DNA of 63,644 nt, the filler included, from Choristocarpus tenellus KU-1152 (Eukaryota; Protista; Phaeophyceae): the NCBI GenBank assembly GCA_964200185.2. It is 12 parts of 12 records of this genome, joined end to end, with 100 filler letters (N's around TTAATTAATTAA, not from the genome) between each part and the next. Parts side by side here need not be neighbours in the genome. Positions count along the whole stretch, not along the records: positions 33,940 to 39,147 come from CAXNAD020011501.1; positions 39,248 to 48,030 come from CAXNAD020004338.1; positions 48,131 to 54,422 come from CAXNAD020008470.1; 9 more parts are not named here. The stretch is one strand, 5' to 3'. Below the pieces are notes generated by a model, which did not search any database, was not told where the DNA came from, and saw nothing but the letters and a program-made list of their open reading frames with translations. The position numbers were made by a program, and so were the translations under genes. Below are positions 38,734 to 50,908 of this stretch, piece by piece (positions within the stretch are counted from its first letter, which is position 1; every line of letters begins with the position of its first letter).

Positions 38734-38838
38734 ATCCAATACTAATACTCTAACAGTTTAGAAACAAACTTTGAAGGACACAACTATTCCAATACTAATA
38801 CTTAACAGTTTAGAAACAAGCTTTGAAGGACACAACTA
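38734..38838 (+). repeat. Tandem duplication of ~52 bp (2 copies)
   Basis: TCCAATACTAATACT..AACAGTTTAGAAACAA.CTTTGAAGGACACAACTA occurs twice. Confidence 0.85.
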
Positions 38839-39068
38839 AGATTATGTAATACTATCACGATCGCATTGTTCCCAACACTATTCCAGGTGGGTAACAACTC
38901 AACAGCCCCTACAGCAATACACTCTTAAAACAAAGTTTCCCACAGGTTGAATAATGGTACATCTCATCCCATCCCATCCCCTGTCAATCAACATCCACAT
39001 TACCGTGACAATGTGAAAGTTTATGAAGTAATCTGAGTTTTGTGGGCGGAAGAATTCTGGTTGGTTGG

Positions 39069-39113
<45 letters not shown>

Positions 39114-39247
39114 AAAAAAAAAAAAAAAAAAAAAAAAAAGAAAAGAANNNNNNNNNNNNNNNNNNNNNNNNNNNNNNNNNNNNNNNNNNNNTTAATTAAT
39201 TAANNNNNNNNNNNNNNNNNNNNNNNNNNNNNNNNNNNNNNNNNNNN

Positions 39248-39950
39248 CAAGGATCTGGCTGTTGACCCTTCCCCTGGTGATGGGGAGGGAGGTCAGATTG
39301 ACATGAGTCTGTCCAGAGACACTACCCGAGATGGTGAAGGGAGTGTAGGACATGTCTCATCCTTGAGTCCACAGCACTTGCTTCAGGTAGTTGCTGACTC
39401 AACATCTGCCCGTACTGCAGCTCACCAGCTGGAAGACTTTCTTCCTAATCCAGACTGTGAACCTTGCTTTGAGTTGGGTAGGACTAGACAGGAAACTCGC
39501 GCCAGAGCTGAAGGTAGTGCAGGTGTTGGTAATGTGATGTCCCTTATTGCTAATGTAGAGAGGCAACATGTTGCTTATGCTTTGGCAGTACAGCCCACCC
39601 TTGAGTCAGTGTTGAGCCAAAGTATCTTAGAGGGTAGGGTCGCGTCCATTTGGGGACCAAAATCCAATGCTGCAATTTCGATGTATTTTCGGTTATTGTG
39701 TTTGCTAGGAAGTGTCAATACCCTTGTTCCGAACACACCTTTTTATAACGTATGCATCTTACCTACTCTGAAACATTTCGGAGTAGGAAAATGTCATTAA
39801 AAAAAATGGGAAGTCAAGCCCCAAATGGAAAAAAAGGGAAAAATTCGTACCCTTCTAAGATACTTTCACTCTGTTGATGAGTACCCCCCTGCATGGTCGT
39901 CTTATTTCTGAGTTGGAGCCAGCCCCTCAATTAGCAGAAATATCTTTTTG
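39248..39950 (+). mobile_element. Probable Copia integrase-RT linker remnant
   Basis: TAAHQLEDF..ELGRTRQETR resembles the linker at 28750-28900; no diagnostic catalytic motif. Confidence 0.4.
39614..39871 (-). mobile_element. MITE family A, full length, reverse orientation
   Basis: GAGCCAAAGTATCTTAGAGGGTA ... CTAAGATACTTTCACTC; 4-bp TSD TGTT. Confidence 0.92.
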
Positions 39951-42900
39951 GAGGCATGCAGGGGCTTTGCTAAATTTAGACCATGTATAGTGGTTTGCTT
40001 CTTACTGAATTTGGGTGTGTTTGTTTGGATTTATTTCTTTTCAGTGAGTCCAATAGCTGGTTGCTTTCTTGTCATACAGGATTGACCTGAGGAGTCTTCT
40101 AGGATCCATAATTGGTTTCTTGTAAGTTCTCAAGAGCTGTTTGAGCTAGGGAGGGTGTTCGATTAGACTCTTCCAGATTTATCAGACAGTAAAGGTAAAA
40201 TATGTATGGAGTAACGGAACAATCAATTAGTGGTTGAGTTATCAGAACCTTTTACTAGTGATTAGTTGTATGAGAAAAATTCTCATATAAAGGAAATATT
40301 TCTGATTTTGCGGGGTGCTGCATGCCCTACTTAACTTTAGTAAATCACTCTACAGACACCAAGCAATCACGCTGGGTTTATCAACTTTATCCTCTTTGAT
40401 GATTTGGGAGATACTTTAACAGCAGAGAATGCAGTGGCCCTGCCGTGACAGAAGTAATGGTTGTATATATTGCATTGAGATCTGCTTCTGTTGTTGTGAT
40501 ATGTCCTGAGTTGAAATGCTTGGGGTTGAGCCTTGAACTGGTCTACCACGAGGATGCAAGAGAGGATTGATGTCTCTACAGGAGGTAACGGAGGAGGTTG
40601 TTAGCAGAAGTGGATGGAGTGAGAGTCTGACCAAACTGAGTTCTGGTGTGGCCTTCTGGTGAGGCTGCGCTGGAGCTCCATCCATCACTAAAGACTGTTG
40701 AAGACATAGAGTTGATGGTGAGCTCAGCGTGAAGAAAATCAGGTCGCTGGTTTCCGTTTGTTTGGTGAGTCTTTTGGTATGGGTCAGATTCACCATGACA
40801 TCAAGGCTTACGAAGGTGGAAATAGAATCAATCCAGGTGCAATGTGGAGGTCATAGCAGGTGGTTCCTTACGAGCAACTGTAATAATTATCATGGGGAGT
40901 GGGGTAAGTGATGACACGACAGCAGCCTACAGGAGCAATCTGGCAAGTCACCCCACACTCTACCAACAACACACCAAAGTACCACCATTACCCACTGTAG
41001 AGCAGGTACAACCTAGTTTTCTAGTAGAGCAAGAGAACTAAAGGTTGAAGTGTATTTATTTTTGTTAACAACGATGTAGAAAGACAACTTCTAAAATAGT
41101 ATTGAGGTGTCTAGAGAGAGAGAATATGTAGTGTTGCAACTTGGTCTGAGTGATCGGTATGACATAGCTTTGTGTCTATCCTTCAAATTTGGTAGTAGCT
41201 TTAATATTGCTACAAAACATGGAAATTGGTCATCAACCTTTGGTTGTTGCATGGTCTGTGAATAAAGTTGTCCCAGCTCCTTGAGCTCCGACAATATGAC
41301 AGCTGATTGTGTATGTGCAGGGACGGGGACAGGGGCTTGGGTGGGTGACTGTGGCAGTCGGTGACTGTATGAAAAAAAATCTGTAGATGCATGAATTATG
41401 AGTCTGAGGGATCCCAAACCCCGGAACAAAAGGTATCTGGAGGAGAAGCATCATTACAACTTATAAAAGTTTCCAGGGTACGGAATAATATAGCTCAAAT
41501 AAATAGAATAGATACAGTAATCGATGTAGTTGATGCTAAAGGGGGTAACCAAGACCCAGACAATATTTACAAGCAGAAGTAGACACATCTCCAGTCTTGA
41601 AATGGTACATACAAACACAAAGTTCAATATTCTCTAAGAGCCAAACCAACTGAGAGGTAGGCAAGATTGGATTTCAAGCATCCCAAGAAAGGGCAAAAGT
41701 ATGACATTTTGTACAATTGCGGAAATAGCCTTTGCTAAATTGTGCGATCACTTTGTGTGTGGAAAGGGGGATGTCAATTTTTGTTTACAATATTGTGCAC
41801 AGAGAGGAATGAAATAGAGTGTACTGCAAAGTATTGCACAGGGTAAGAAATACGGTTTAGAAAGCAAAAGATTCCAAGCCTGCCTACCTTTCAACTGGTT
41901 TGACTATGTTACCTTGATTAACCTGCAATTTTTCCTAATGTTTCATCTGTACACTGTCAACCTGAATTACTAGCATAAACAAGTCACATTGTACTTCCTA
42001 ACTCAAGTGAACAATACTGCATTACAATGGAGTCTAACAAATAGCCGCATCTTGTTATGGATCACCCTGCCAGTGTACTCTTCAGCCTTGAAAAGGTAAG
42101 AGGCCCGTGGCAATATTGCTATTTGTTGTATCTGCAGTAAGTTGTCAACCTGCTGAACACATTATCATTACTCCAAAATACGCAATAATATCCAGTCAGT
42201 TGGGAGGGTCAACTATCATTAATGATGTAAAATACAGACAATCCCAGTCAAGTCACAGCAGTATAAATACTTGATCAATGAGCACACCCTCCAACACACA
42301 GAAAAGAGCATCCTAATAGAAAACAAATCAACATCAATCAAAAGGGATTATAGGGAACACTGCAATGGTCGTCAATGAAAGTTAATCTATCAACCTGTAA
42401 AACAATGAGAAGTGATCTGGGGAGGAGAGAACTATTGAGGTACAACATTTTGAAGGAATAAGCGCTGGATGGAGTAAGTATGATGCCATTGTAGTAGTGG
42501 CCATTGGAACAAAACGTCCATCGATACGGTTCATAACAATATGGTACAGAAAACAGAGCCTTATCCCCAAGGAAGATGCAGTGAATGTGTGACCATGAGC
42601 CAAAAATTAAACTAGCAACAAGCTCCTTTTGACACTCTTTGCTAGAATGCAACACCTATTATGAGAGTAGACACAGGCTTGTGCATCGTTTGGTGCTATT
42701 ACTCTGTTGGGGATTGCAGGTAGGAAGAGGATAGACATGTGGTGAAGTGGGACAAAATAGTTCCAAAGTATCCCAGTCAGTTCTGGCTCGCAAAATAAGC
42801 AGGCTCTATCTGTCTATCACTATTCTCCAACCACTTCAACAAGATAATTATACCCCTAGTAGCAACTAAAAGAAACTGAACCATACATCATGACAGATTA

Positions 42901-42987
42901 TAGGATGCGTCCCTCCATGCCATCTGCTCAATTCGAGGATGTGAAGTTCCTATTCACCAACACCATGTTTAAGTTACTGCCTGTGCT

Positions 42988-45900
42988 TCAATCCCTTTCA
43001 CAATCCTCATAGGATCGAACCCCTTCTTGCCAGACCCCTGGACGTTTCGCCAGTAGCATGTGCTTCTCATCTGGATGCACACTACGCCCATCACTTGGTT
43101 CACTTTCAAATTCCTCCTCGGAGGCACCTGGATCCACCTCATGCACAAACCGCAATGCGAATGACATGATGTTTTGTACAAGAAAACCGAAACTGGTGCC
43201 ACACCTTTCCTCCAGGGCACACATTGAAGCTGTGCTCTCTCTAGTTTCCTCTGTTCTAGAACAACTCTGGCTCTTGCCCACTGATATTGTGCTGCAAACC
43301 TTGCCGTGATTGGAGTCTGAAGTGGATGTCCTGCACAGGGAAAGAGGCATAGTCCACCTTGATCCCCCACCCTCATGTTGCAGGCAAGCAATGGGAGGAA
43401 CGGGCTTTTCCTCAAGAGACAAGCGAGTCCTTGGCAAGGAGGTCAATCGTTGCTTCAAGACAGACTCCACAGCAGCCTTGGTCGGCACAAGAGGGTCTTT
43501 GGGAAGGGCATATGCATACAGCTGACAAACTTCTCTCCGGGTCAACTCACGGCAATAGCCCTCCTCAACATCTCCCACAATGATAGGACCCACCGACACA
43601 CGATGCAATCTTCTCAGATCAAGACTGTCAACATTCAGTAGGGGGAAAATCTCCGGAGGTAAGCAAGTCAATGGTTGTGAAAATAATGACTGTCATTCAT
43701 CACGAACATGCACATAAGCAGTACGTAGCTGTTCTGTTTACTTACCTTGCTTCATTCACTGTTATTAATGATACAAGATGACATGTCTTGTGGAAATAGG
43801 GGCACCGGTAGAGGAGAAGGGCAACTGAAAGTGAGGGTACAAGAGCATTGCAAAATTGTGTTCACCATGACACCATGACATATCTTACCCACTGCGATTG
43901 CATAAACGCCTTATCTGCCTGTTCTTTCCTTCTCTCAGTACCTGGAGAGTCAGTCATCAAGAACAGCAAGCAGTGGTGCATTATTGGTAGAATGGGAAAT
44001 AGTGCAGGTTGTTTCATGAACACATTAGCACGAACAACATCAATGAGAGAAATCAAGGGTTAGGGTTAAAGAATTGGAATAATACCTATTTGACAATGGT
44101 GTGCTAGGAGGACATGGTATCTTGGCAAGAGGTAGAGGTAATAAATATCGACTGGGTTAGCAGTGCCAGCAGCAATAATGTAGGAGTTGAAAGAGTTGAT
44201 TCCATTAAAGCCCTGTCATAAAACAGACATCTCTCTACAGGACTAGCTAATCATACGGCTCAGCATATTACAGTTAAAAAAATTGAAGTCATTTGTAAAT
44301 AACTCTTGGTCTGGCACTATTAAATACAAGCGTTGCTTCACAAAGATTTAATTCTGTTCAACAGCCAAAAAGGACTCCAACCAAGTAGCAGCTTTCCTAA
44401 CTTTGACGACCTTCCCCAATTTGAACCAAATCTCCAATAGTACACTCTCAATCTTGACTTGCAATGCATAGATAGGGCCGGGGCTATGCTGAGGAAGTTA
44501 AGGTGCAGCACCTCCAACTACTGAGCACTTTCACCATAACCCACAAGTATTCAGGCAAGAGGTCAGTCACACAGTCACACAGTCAGTCACACACAACTGC
44601 ACACAAAAAAAAACAACTCAAAATTCACCACTTCCACCCAAGTCACAGATGGGGTTGTGCCAGGGCGATGCTTCCACGGACATTGCCCCTCCTCAAAATA
44701 TTTTACCAAGAGTAAACGGACATCTGCTGGTTTGGTCCATAACCCTAAAGTTCAGAAAAAAAATCAGAAAAATTGGAAAGTACAAGCAGGTTGGTTAGGG
44801 ATTGAAACTAGGACCAAAGAAGTTTTGGGGCACTGGGAGGCGTGTTGCATATATCCAAGTCCTACAGTACATAGTTGGTCTTGATTAAATGTATCCTTTC
44901 TTTTTTCTTGAGCTTCCACTGACAACAAAGAGCAGTGGAGGCAAAAGCATAAACCCTAACCCTAAAACCACACCTCCAGGACCATCAGCGTGTCGAGTAT
45001 AGTGGAGTGGCTCCTTCAACATCTGGAACTGTTGTCCATGCATCGTGCATCAAGGTGTCAACAGCAGCAACAAAGAAGAAGAACACAAAAGTTGTAGAAT
45101 CGATTGGAGAATAAACAAAAACACAATAATAATAAAATATCCACAACAGGATACAGAGGTACTACCAAAAAAAATAGTACTAGTTAGTGTAACAAGCTCT
45201 GGCTATATTCTGATGCCTACTGCAGATCCACAGTACCTTTAAAAATGTGTTCAACATATCTCTTGAGCCTTGTTGATTTTCTGTGTGGACTTACCTTCAT
45301 GATCAGTTAGCACTTTTTGGTGCATGTGACATTGTGATTGAAAATATAAATGACAATATAAACGAAGACTGTTGAGAAAAATAACGAGAAATATTGAAGG
45401 AAAAATGCTACGATCCCTATCACTTATCTACCACTATAGTGTTCAACCCTAGAGGGGGCCTCTCCAGCTCCCCAGTCCATGAAGCCCAAGGGGAGGGCAG
45501 GCGCATTGACAGCCTCTCATTGCAAGCAAAGCAGGGCAATGCCAATTTTAGACAGCCATAGAAGGCAATGTAAAGTACAGTCCTGAACCAGCAGCATGCA
45601 CTCCTACCCACCTATACTCTAAAGCAACAACGATGTCAAACAAGATACCCAATTCAAAAAAAATTGTTTTGGGTGCAGGAAGGGACAAGTGTATCATTCA
45701 TAATCTTCAATAATAAATAGTGTGTTCCAAAAAAATCCAGAGTCATTAGACAGCCAATGTGTCATTGTCATGCCAACAACGCTTTGTACATTGCTGCGGA
45801 AGCATGCATACTCTACCAAAAAAACAAATTCAGTGTGACCTGTCATGTCATGAGGACACCGTTTAATTGTACTGTGGAATCTTTCAAATAAGCGGAGTTG

Positions 45901-47551
45901 TACCATACTAGCATAGAGCAGAAGCTTAGTGAGGTGTCTAGTAAGGCTCCATGATGCTGATCCGTACATCGCTCTGTTACACACCATATGGAGAGGAGTA
46001 TGGAAACAGCATTCCTGCTACAGGCGAGAAAATATATTAAAAATATTCAACATCCAACGAAACCTGTATTACACGGAACATCTTGCCATCTGTTGTACAG
46101 CCATGAATGAAGGGGCACATTTTCTAAATTATAGTACATTAGGCGGTCAGGGTGAAGCCTGGAGGAGTGCAGTTGACCGAATACATTTTGAGAACTTTTA
46201 AAAGAGAAAAATTACAGGAAGAAACAACACTACATCTCTGGTGAAACTCAGGAATCGGTTAATGATAAAGCATCTTACCCTCTTGTCCTGTGGTGATAAG
46301 TCTCCAGCCACCATAGCATGATACACCTTCTCCAATGGAGCAATAGTGCCAAACTTAGCCTTGCCTTTGAACCTTTCCGTTGGGGAGAGTTTCTCATGGT
46401 TATTGTACATTGGTAAGGTTGAGTCCCCAAGGATACAAACTGTCACTTTCCTGGTGCAGTCATTAACGACGTCACCTACAGTACACTTAGCAAAAGTGTG
46501 GAGTGCAGCTGGGTATGATTCCATGACACTGATTCGTAGTCGATTGTCTTGCAGTGGGAACCAGAAAGTCGGTGGCATACCATCCTGGGTGCTCTACTAA
46601 AGCATTTCCGGCAAAAGGGTGCCAGCTCACGTGGGTGAAGCGATAGCCAGTCTGAGTTTTGCATCATCAGTGAAGACCAGCAAACCAGACGTGGGGTAGT
46701 CAAGACGTCCGACTGGGACCAAAGGAGGCATACCTAGTCATGACGCGAGCGAAGTAGCACTGAAGTCAAGAAGAAACAGGCATGAATGAAACGTTTCAGG
46801 ATATGATTGGTAGCTGTAATTACAGGTGGTGAATGGACTGAACGTTACGAAGAACATACTCAAGACTATTTTAAACCAGGACCACACCTGCTTCCATTGC
46901 GACATCGTATACAGTCGGCCTTCCCTTCCCAGTGTCATCTACCTTGGAGCTTACGCATCCTGGAGGTAGATGGAACAGGTGAAGCGGAAGCAACACCAAC
47001 GATGTTCACAATTTTTAAATGTGTCTTGTAGTGTAAGTAGTGAGTCAACTAGGACCAGTGATGGAGAAATTGCGTTATGAAATCCCCGGCAACCAGAGAG
47101 TCACACCTCGGGGCTTGTTGAGGATGAAATACTTCATCGGTAGATGAAGGCCTATTCAATTAAGCTACCCCGAGTCCCCATTTGTTGCAGGCTTTCAGGT
47201 TTGTCTCGTGTTTTTCCAAGTCCTATTTGCTATGAGCGCCCGGAGCCGTATAGGACACAGTGCACACCCTGGTGCAGCAGATACCCGTCAAGGATAAGTT
47301 TATTGTTCTATTGGACGCCAACGCCCACACTGGAAGGAGAGGTGAAGGGGGGGGGGGGTGCGGGAACAACGAACTGAGGGTATATGGTGTGATGTGTTGA
47401 GCAACAGCGATTACGCCTGTTCATGTTTAAAGAGATTAAAAGGTTTGCCTTCATCCACTTCTTCAGTGTGTCCAAAGTTCAAAGGTCCCACACACACCTG
47501 GGCATACCTCCGCTTCGATTATCTCCTTGTGCGGCACTTTCACCACCTTAC
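42988..47551 (-). CDS. RsuA/RluB/E/F-family pseudouridine synthase, multi-exon, 5' end missing (exons incl. 47551-47508, 47307-47268, 47151-47107, 46959-46888, 46733-46631, ~46450-46279, ~44975-45029, ~44709-44744, 43941-43889, 43624-42988)
   Basis: YFILNKPRG-CVSSKVDDTGKGRPTVYD; catalytic PVGRLDYPTSGLLVFTDD; LEKVYHAMVAG; LWTKPADV; VLREGKNRQIRRLCNRSG-LDLRRLHRVSVGPI..EGYCRELTRREV; phases compatible for most junctions. Confidence 0.92.
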
Positions 47552-48408
47552 CTGTAGTGTGGGGTCGGTCACTAACACTAATGTTCAGAAATGAACATCT
47601 CTATCATATCGATATTGATATTCCTCCCTCATTGATTGGGAAAAATCGGAAAGTAATGTTCTTAAATTGATTGGAACATGATATTATCGTAGTTTAATTG
47701 GTTGTGTTTTCCTACTCCATCGTTGGAGACCGATCATTCTAACCTCGTTCCACAAAGCCCAGATTTTCTAGGTAAAAGTGGTACAGTAGGTAGCCCTATT
47801 TTGGGCCAAATAATATGAACCAAATCGCAAAAATTGCAATTTTGTACCGTTTGTTTTCGACATGCTAAAAAAATAGGATTTTGTACCGGAAATCTCGTAT
47901 TCGGGCGATTTGGCACAAAATTCCAGAGATATTCACGCGAGTTTGGTGCGCGCGTAAAAATTTCTCGCGAAAAGTGCCTTCTTCCTGATTCATGCTACCA
48001 TGCAGCAGTACAGTACATTGCTGGTAGGGGNNNNNNNNNNNNNNNNNNNNNNNNNNNNNNNNNNNNNNNNNNNNTTAATTAATTAANNNNNNNNNNNNNN
48101 NNNNNNNNNNNNNNNNNNNNNNNNNNNNNNTGGTGGGGGGGAACAGCTTGTTGCAATTTCTTGTTGGATTCACATACGTACACTGGTTACCAACCGCAAC
48201 CCTCCACGTCCATGAGTAATGGAGGCGAAGGTCCCTTTAACAATCCTTCTTCTTCCTCGTCACTCGTAGCACTTGTGACTTGTTCACCCATCTTGATTAG
48301 ATGGAGGGCTTTGCAGATTGAAAATTGTTAGGAAAAGGTCACCAGGTCTTTATTTGTTAAGGGGAGTAATCACACTTAATGCGATACCCAGGAAAAAAAT
48401 GTATTGAC

Positions 48409-48588
48409 GGCTCAAAGTATCTGGGGAGGGGGTGGCGGCTGTCCATTCGGGGGCCATTTTTCCATGTTGCGATCTTTGGGTGATTAGGTTGCATGCGTCG
48501 GATGGATGATGTAAGTGCACTTCTCTGGTCAGGGGCCGAATGGACACCTTGGTGTAGACCCCACCCCCAAAAAATAATACTTTGAGCC
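48409..48588 (-). mobile_element. MITE family B, full length
   Basis: GGCTCAAAGTAT ... ATACTTTGAGCC; flanks TGAC/TGAT; reverse complement of 7238-7422. Confidence 0.87.
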
Positions 48589-48750
48589 TGATACTCTGTT
48601 TCTGTCTTTGTTGCGACATTGTTTATCTATGATTAATATGAGGAGGACCTCGGTAATAAATGTACATTATATATCAGGTTGGCATGAATCATGGTATGCC
48701 CAGGCCATCAATCAAACATTGCGAAACTTAAGATAGAGAGAGCTACACTA

Positions 48751-49002
48751 TCCTAGATGGAGGTACGGTTGATCATAGAGATCCGTAGGAGAGGGAGGCC
48801 TTTTTTTTAGCTTTCAATTGCTCTGTGAATCCCTCCACTCTCAAATCCACCAGGATACCTCCATTCAGTAGGTCTTAACTGCCTGAGCCACAATAACCAA
48901 ACAAAAGCACATACACATTTTTTTCAGATTAGAAATAGAGGGTAAGGCACAAAGATAAAGCGACCTTAATTCAAATAAGCTAGAACCTGCCCCCATCTAG
49001 GA
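48751..49002. mobile_element. Putative Tc1/mariner-type MITE
   Basis: TIRs TCCTAGATGGAGGTACGGTT / AACCTGCCCCCATCTAGGA, flanked by TA on both sides; single copy in window. Confidence 0.55.
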
Positions 49003-49666
49003 TACTTTGTACTTAAAACCTCCAAGATCGAGGTATGGTTGGTCTGAGAAAAATTCAACACCTTGGACAGTCTTAAAAAAAAAAAATCAGTTAATGGATA
49101 GGCAGGATTATATTAAAATGATCCCGAAAAAGGGAAAGAAGACCCCATTTTGCACATTTGCAAAAATAGTACTTGCTTAATTTTGTTGTCACTTTGTGTG
49201 TGGAATGGGGGAAACATCAGTATTTCGTACACTAGTGTACCCATGAAGCAACGAAATAGAGTGTATATATGCACAGGGCAAGAGAGATGGCTTCAAATGC
49301 AAAAGGGTCCAATCTTGTCTACCTCTCAATTGGTTTGGCCCGTTGTGTGTTGCAGCTCTACTTCAAACCTGCTCCAGACTACATAATGTGTTGTGCTCTA
49401 GTCAGTTTCATTCTTTTTTCCGGATCACAGCCTATGCGAAGAGTTCGTTATCTTGTGCAGCACTACAGCAAGATGATTGAACCTCAAAGGGCAGTTGAAA
49501 GCCAAAAGTCAGGATTGTTCCAGGTCTGGATCACTTTCCCGTGCATCTTGAAGAGAGTGAGAGAGCCACAATTTGTAGGACAATGACTCTGAGTCACTAC
49601 ATCGTGTAATTATGGATGCACTATAGTGGGGTATGATTGGATTTGATGTCTCCAAGCTGTGAAATA

Positions 49667-49925
49667 GAGTTAAAGTATCTTAGAGGGTACGAGTTTTTCC
49701 CTGTTTGTCCATTTGAGGCTTGGCTCCCCGCGGGTTTTTAATGACATTTTACCTACTCCAAAATGTTTCGGAGTAGGTAAAATGTACATGTTATGAAAAG
49801 GTGTGTCTGGAACAAGGATATTGACATCTCCTAACAAACATGATAGCCAAAATTACATCAAAATTACGGCATCGAATTTCGGTCCCCAAATGGACGCGGC
49901 TCTAGCCTCTAACATACTTTGACTC
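49667..49925 (+). mobile_element. MITE family A, full length
   Basis: GAGTTAAAGTATCTTAGAGG ... CCTCTAACATACTTTGACTC; TSD ATA; perfect 16-bp internal stem. Confidence 0.93.
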
Positions 49926-50648
49926 ATACTATGGAGTCAAGTACTGTAACCGACATATTTTCTGCGTTGGAATGCCAACTATTGTCAGACCTTTCCTCCC
50001 CTGCCACAGCATTGTCCCTGACGAGTCTACTCATAGGCTGTTCGCACGACTTGACACCCTGCTGGTCACTCTGTGGTGCCTTCAACAAAAAAAGAGCCAC
50101 AAACACCCTACCCTTACCTTGGCTTGGATACCAGAGTATCCTCGAACCTTCTTTGAGTTCCATTCAAGTCGCATAGCCTCAGGTTCATACCATACAATGC
50201 GCTCCTGATTGAAGGTACAGACAAGGACAAACATCAGTGTATGAGCATTGGGAAATAATGATCCCCAATGGTCGTTGTGGGTGTCAAAACATGACCTGAA
50301 GCTGTATGAAGACATCAGACCTATAATGACGTAATCCCTCCACATGTTGTGTTCTACACGAACACACACACAATATATATATATATATTTATATAATATA
50401 TATTTGCAGTAGATTGCACAAAAGGAGTGACTGCTTATAGGCAATGGAAGGATCTATTGCTGGAAAGCATGCTATTTTGCCATGGTTTAAAGGCGCGGTT
50501 GTGGTAAACCTGTACACCTACCTTAAAATAAGAAGCCTCGCCTAGAAGTCACTGAAAGGAACATGCACTGACCAGAGGATTCCATTGTGTTGGATTGAGA
50601 CAGATAATTATACTCATAGCTGAAGCATGGGCCAAAGCTGCTAATGCT

Positions 50649-50908
50649 TAGTGCAAGTATCTTAGAGGGTTTGAGTTTTCCCTGCTTGTCCATTTGGGGC
50701 TTGACTTCCCACGGGTTTTAAATGACTTTTTACCTACTCCAAAATGTTTTGGCATAGGTAAAATATATACACATTATGAAAATGTGTGTCTGGAACAAGG
50801 ATATTGACATCTCCTAACAAACATGATAGCCATAATTACATCAAAATTGCAACATTGGATTTTGATTCCCACATGGACGTGACTCTACTTTCTGAGATAC
50901 CTTGACTC
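50649..50908 (+). mobile_element. MITE family A, full length
   Basis: TAGTGCAAGTATCTTAGAGGG ... TCTGAGATACCTTGACTC; TSD GCT. Confidence 0.9.

Noticed and set aside
44387-44492. LEIWFKLGKVVKVRKAA as the EGKNRQ exon of the pseudouridine synthase
   Set aside because: The true motif exon (VLREGKNRQIRRLC) is at 43941-43889
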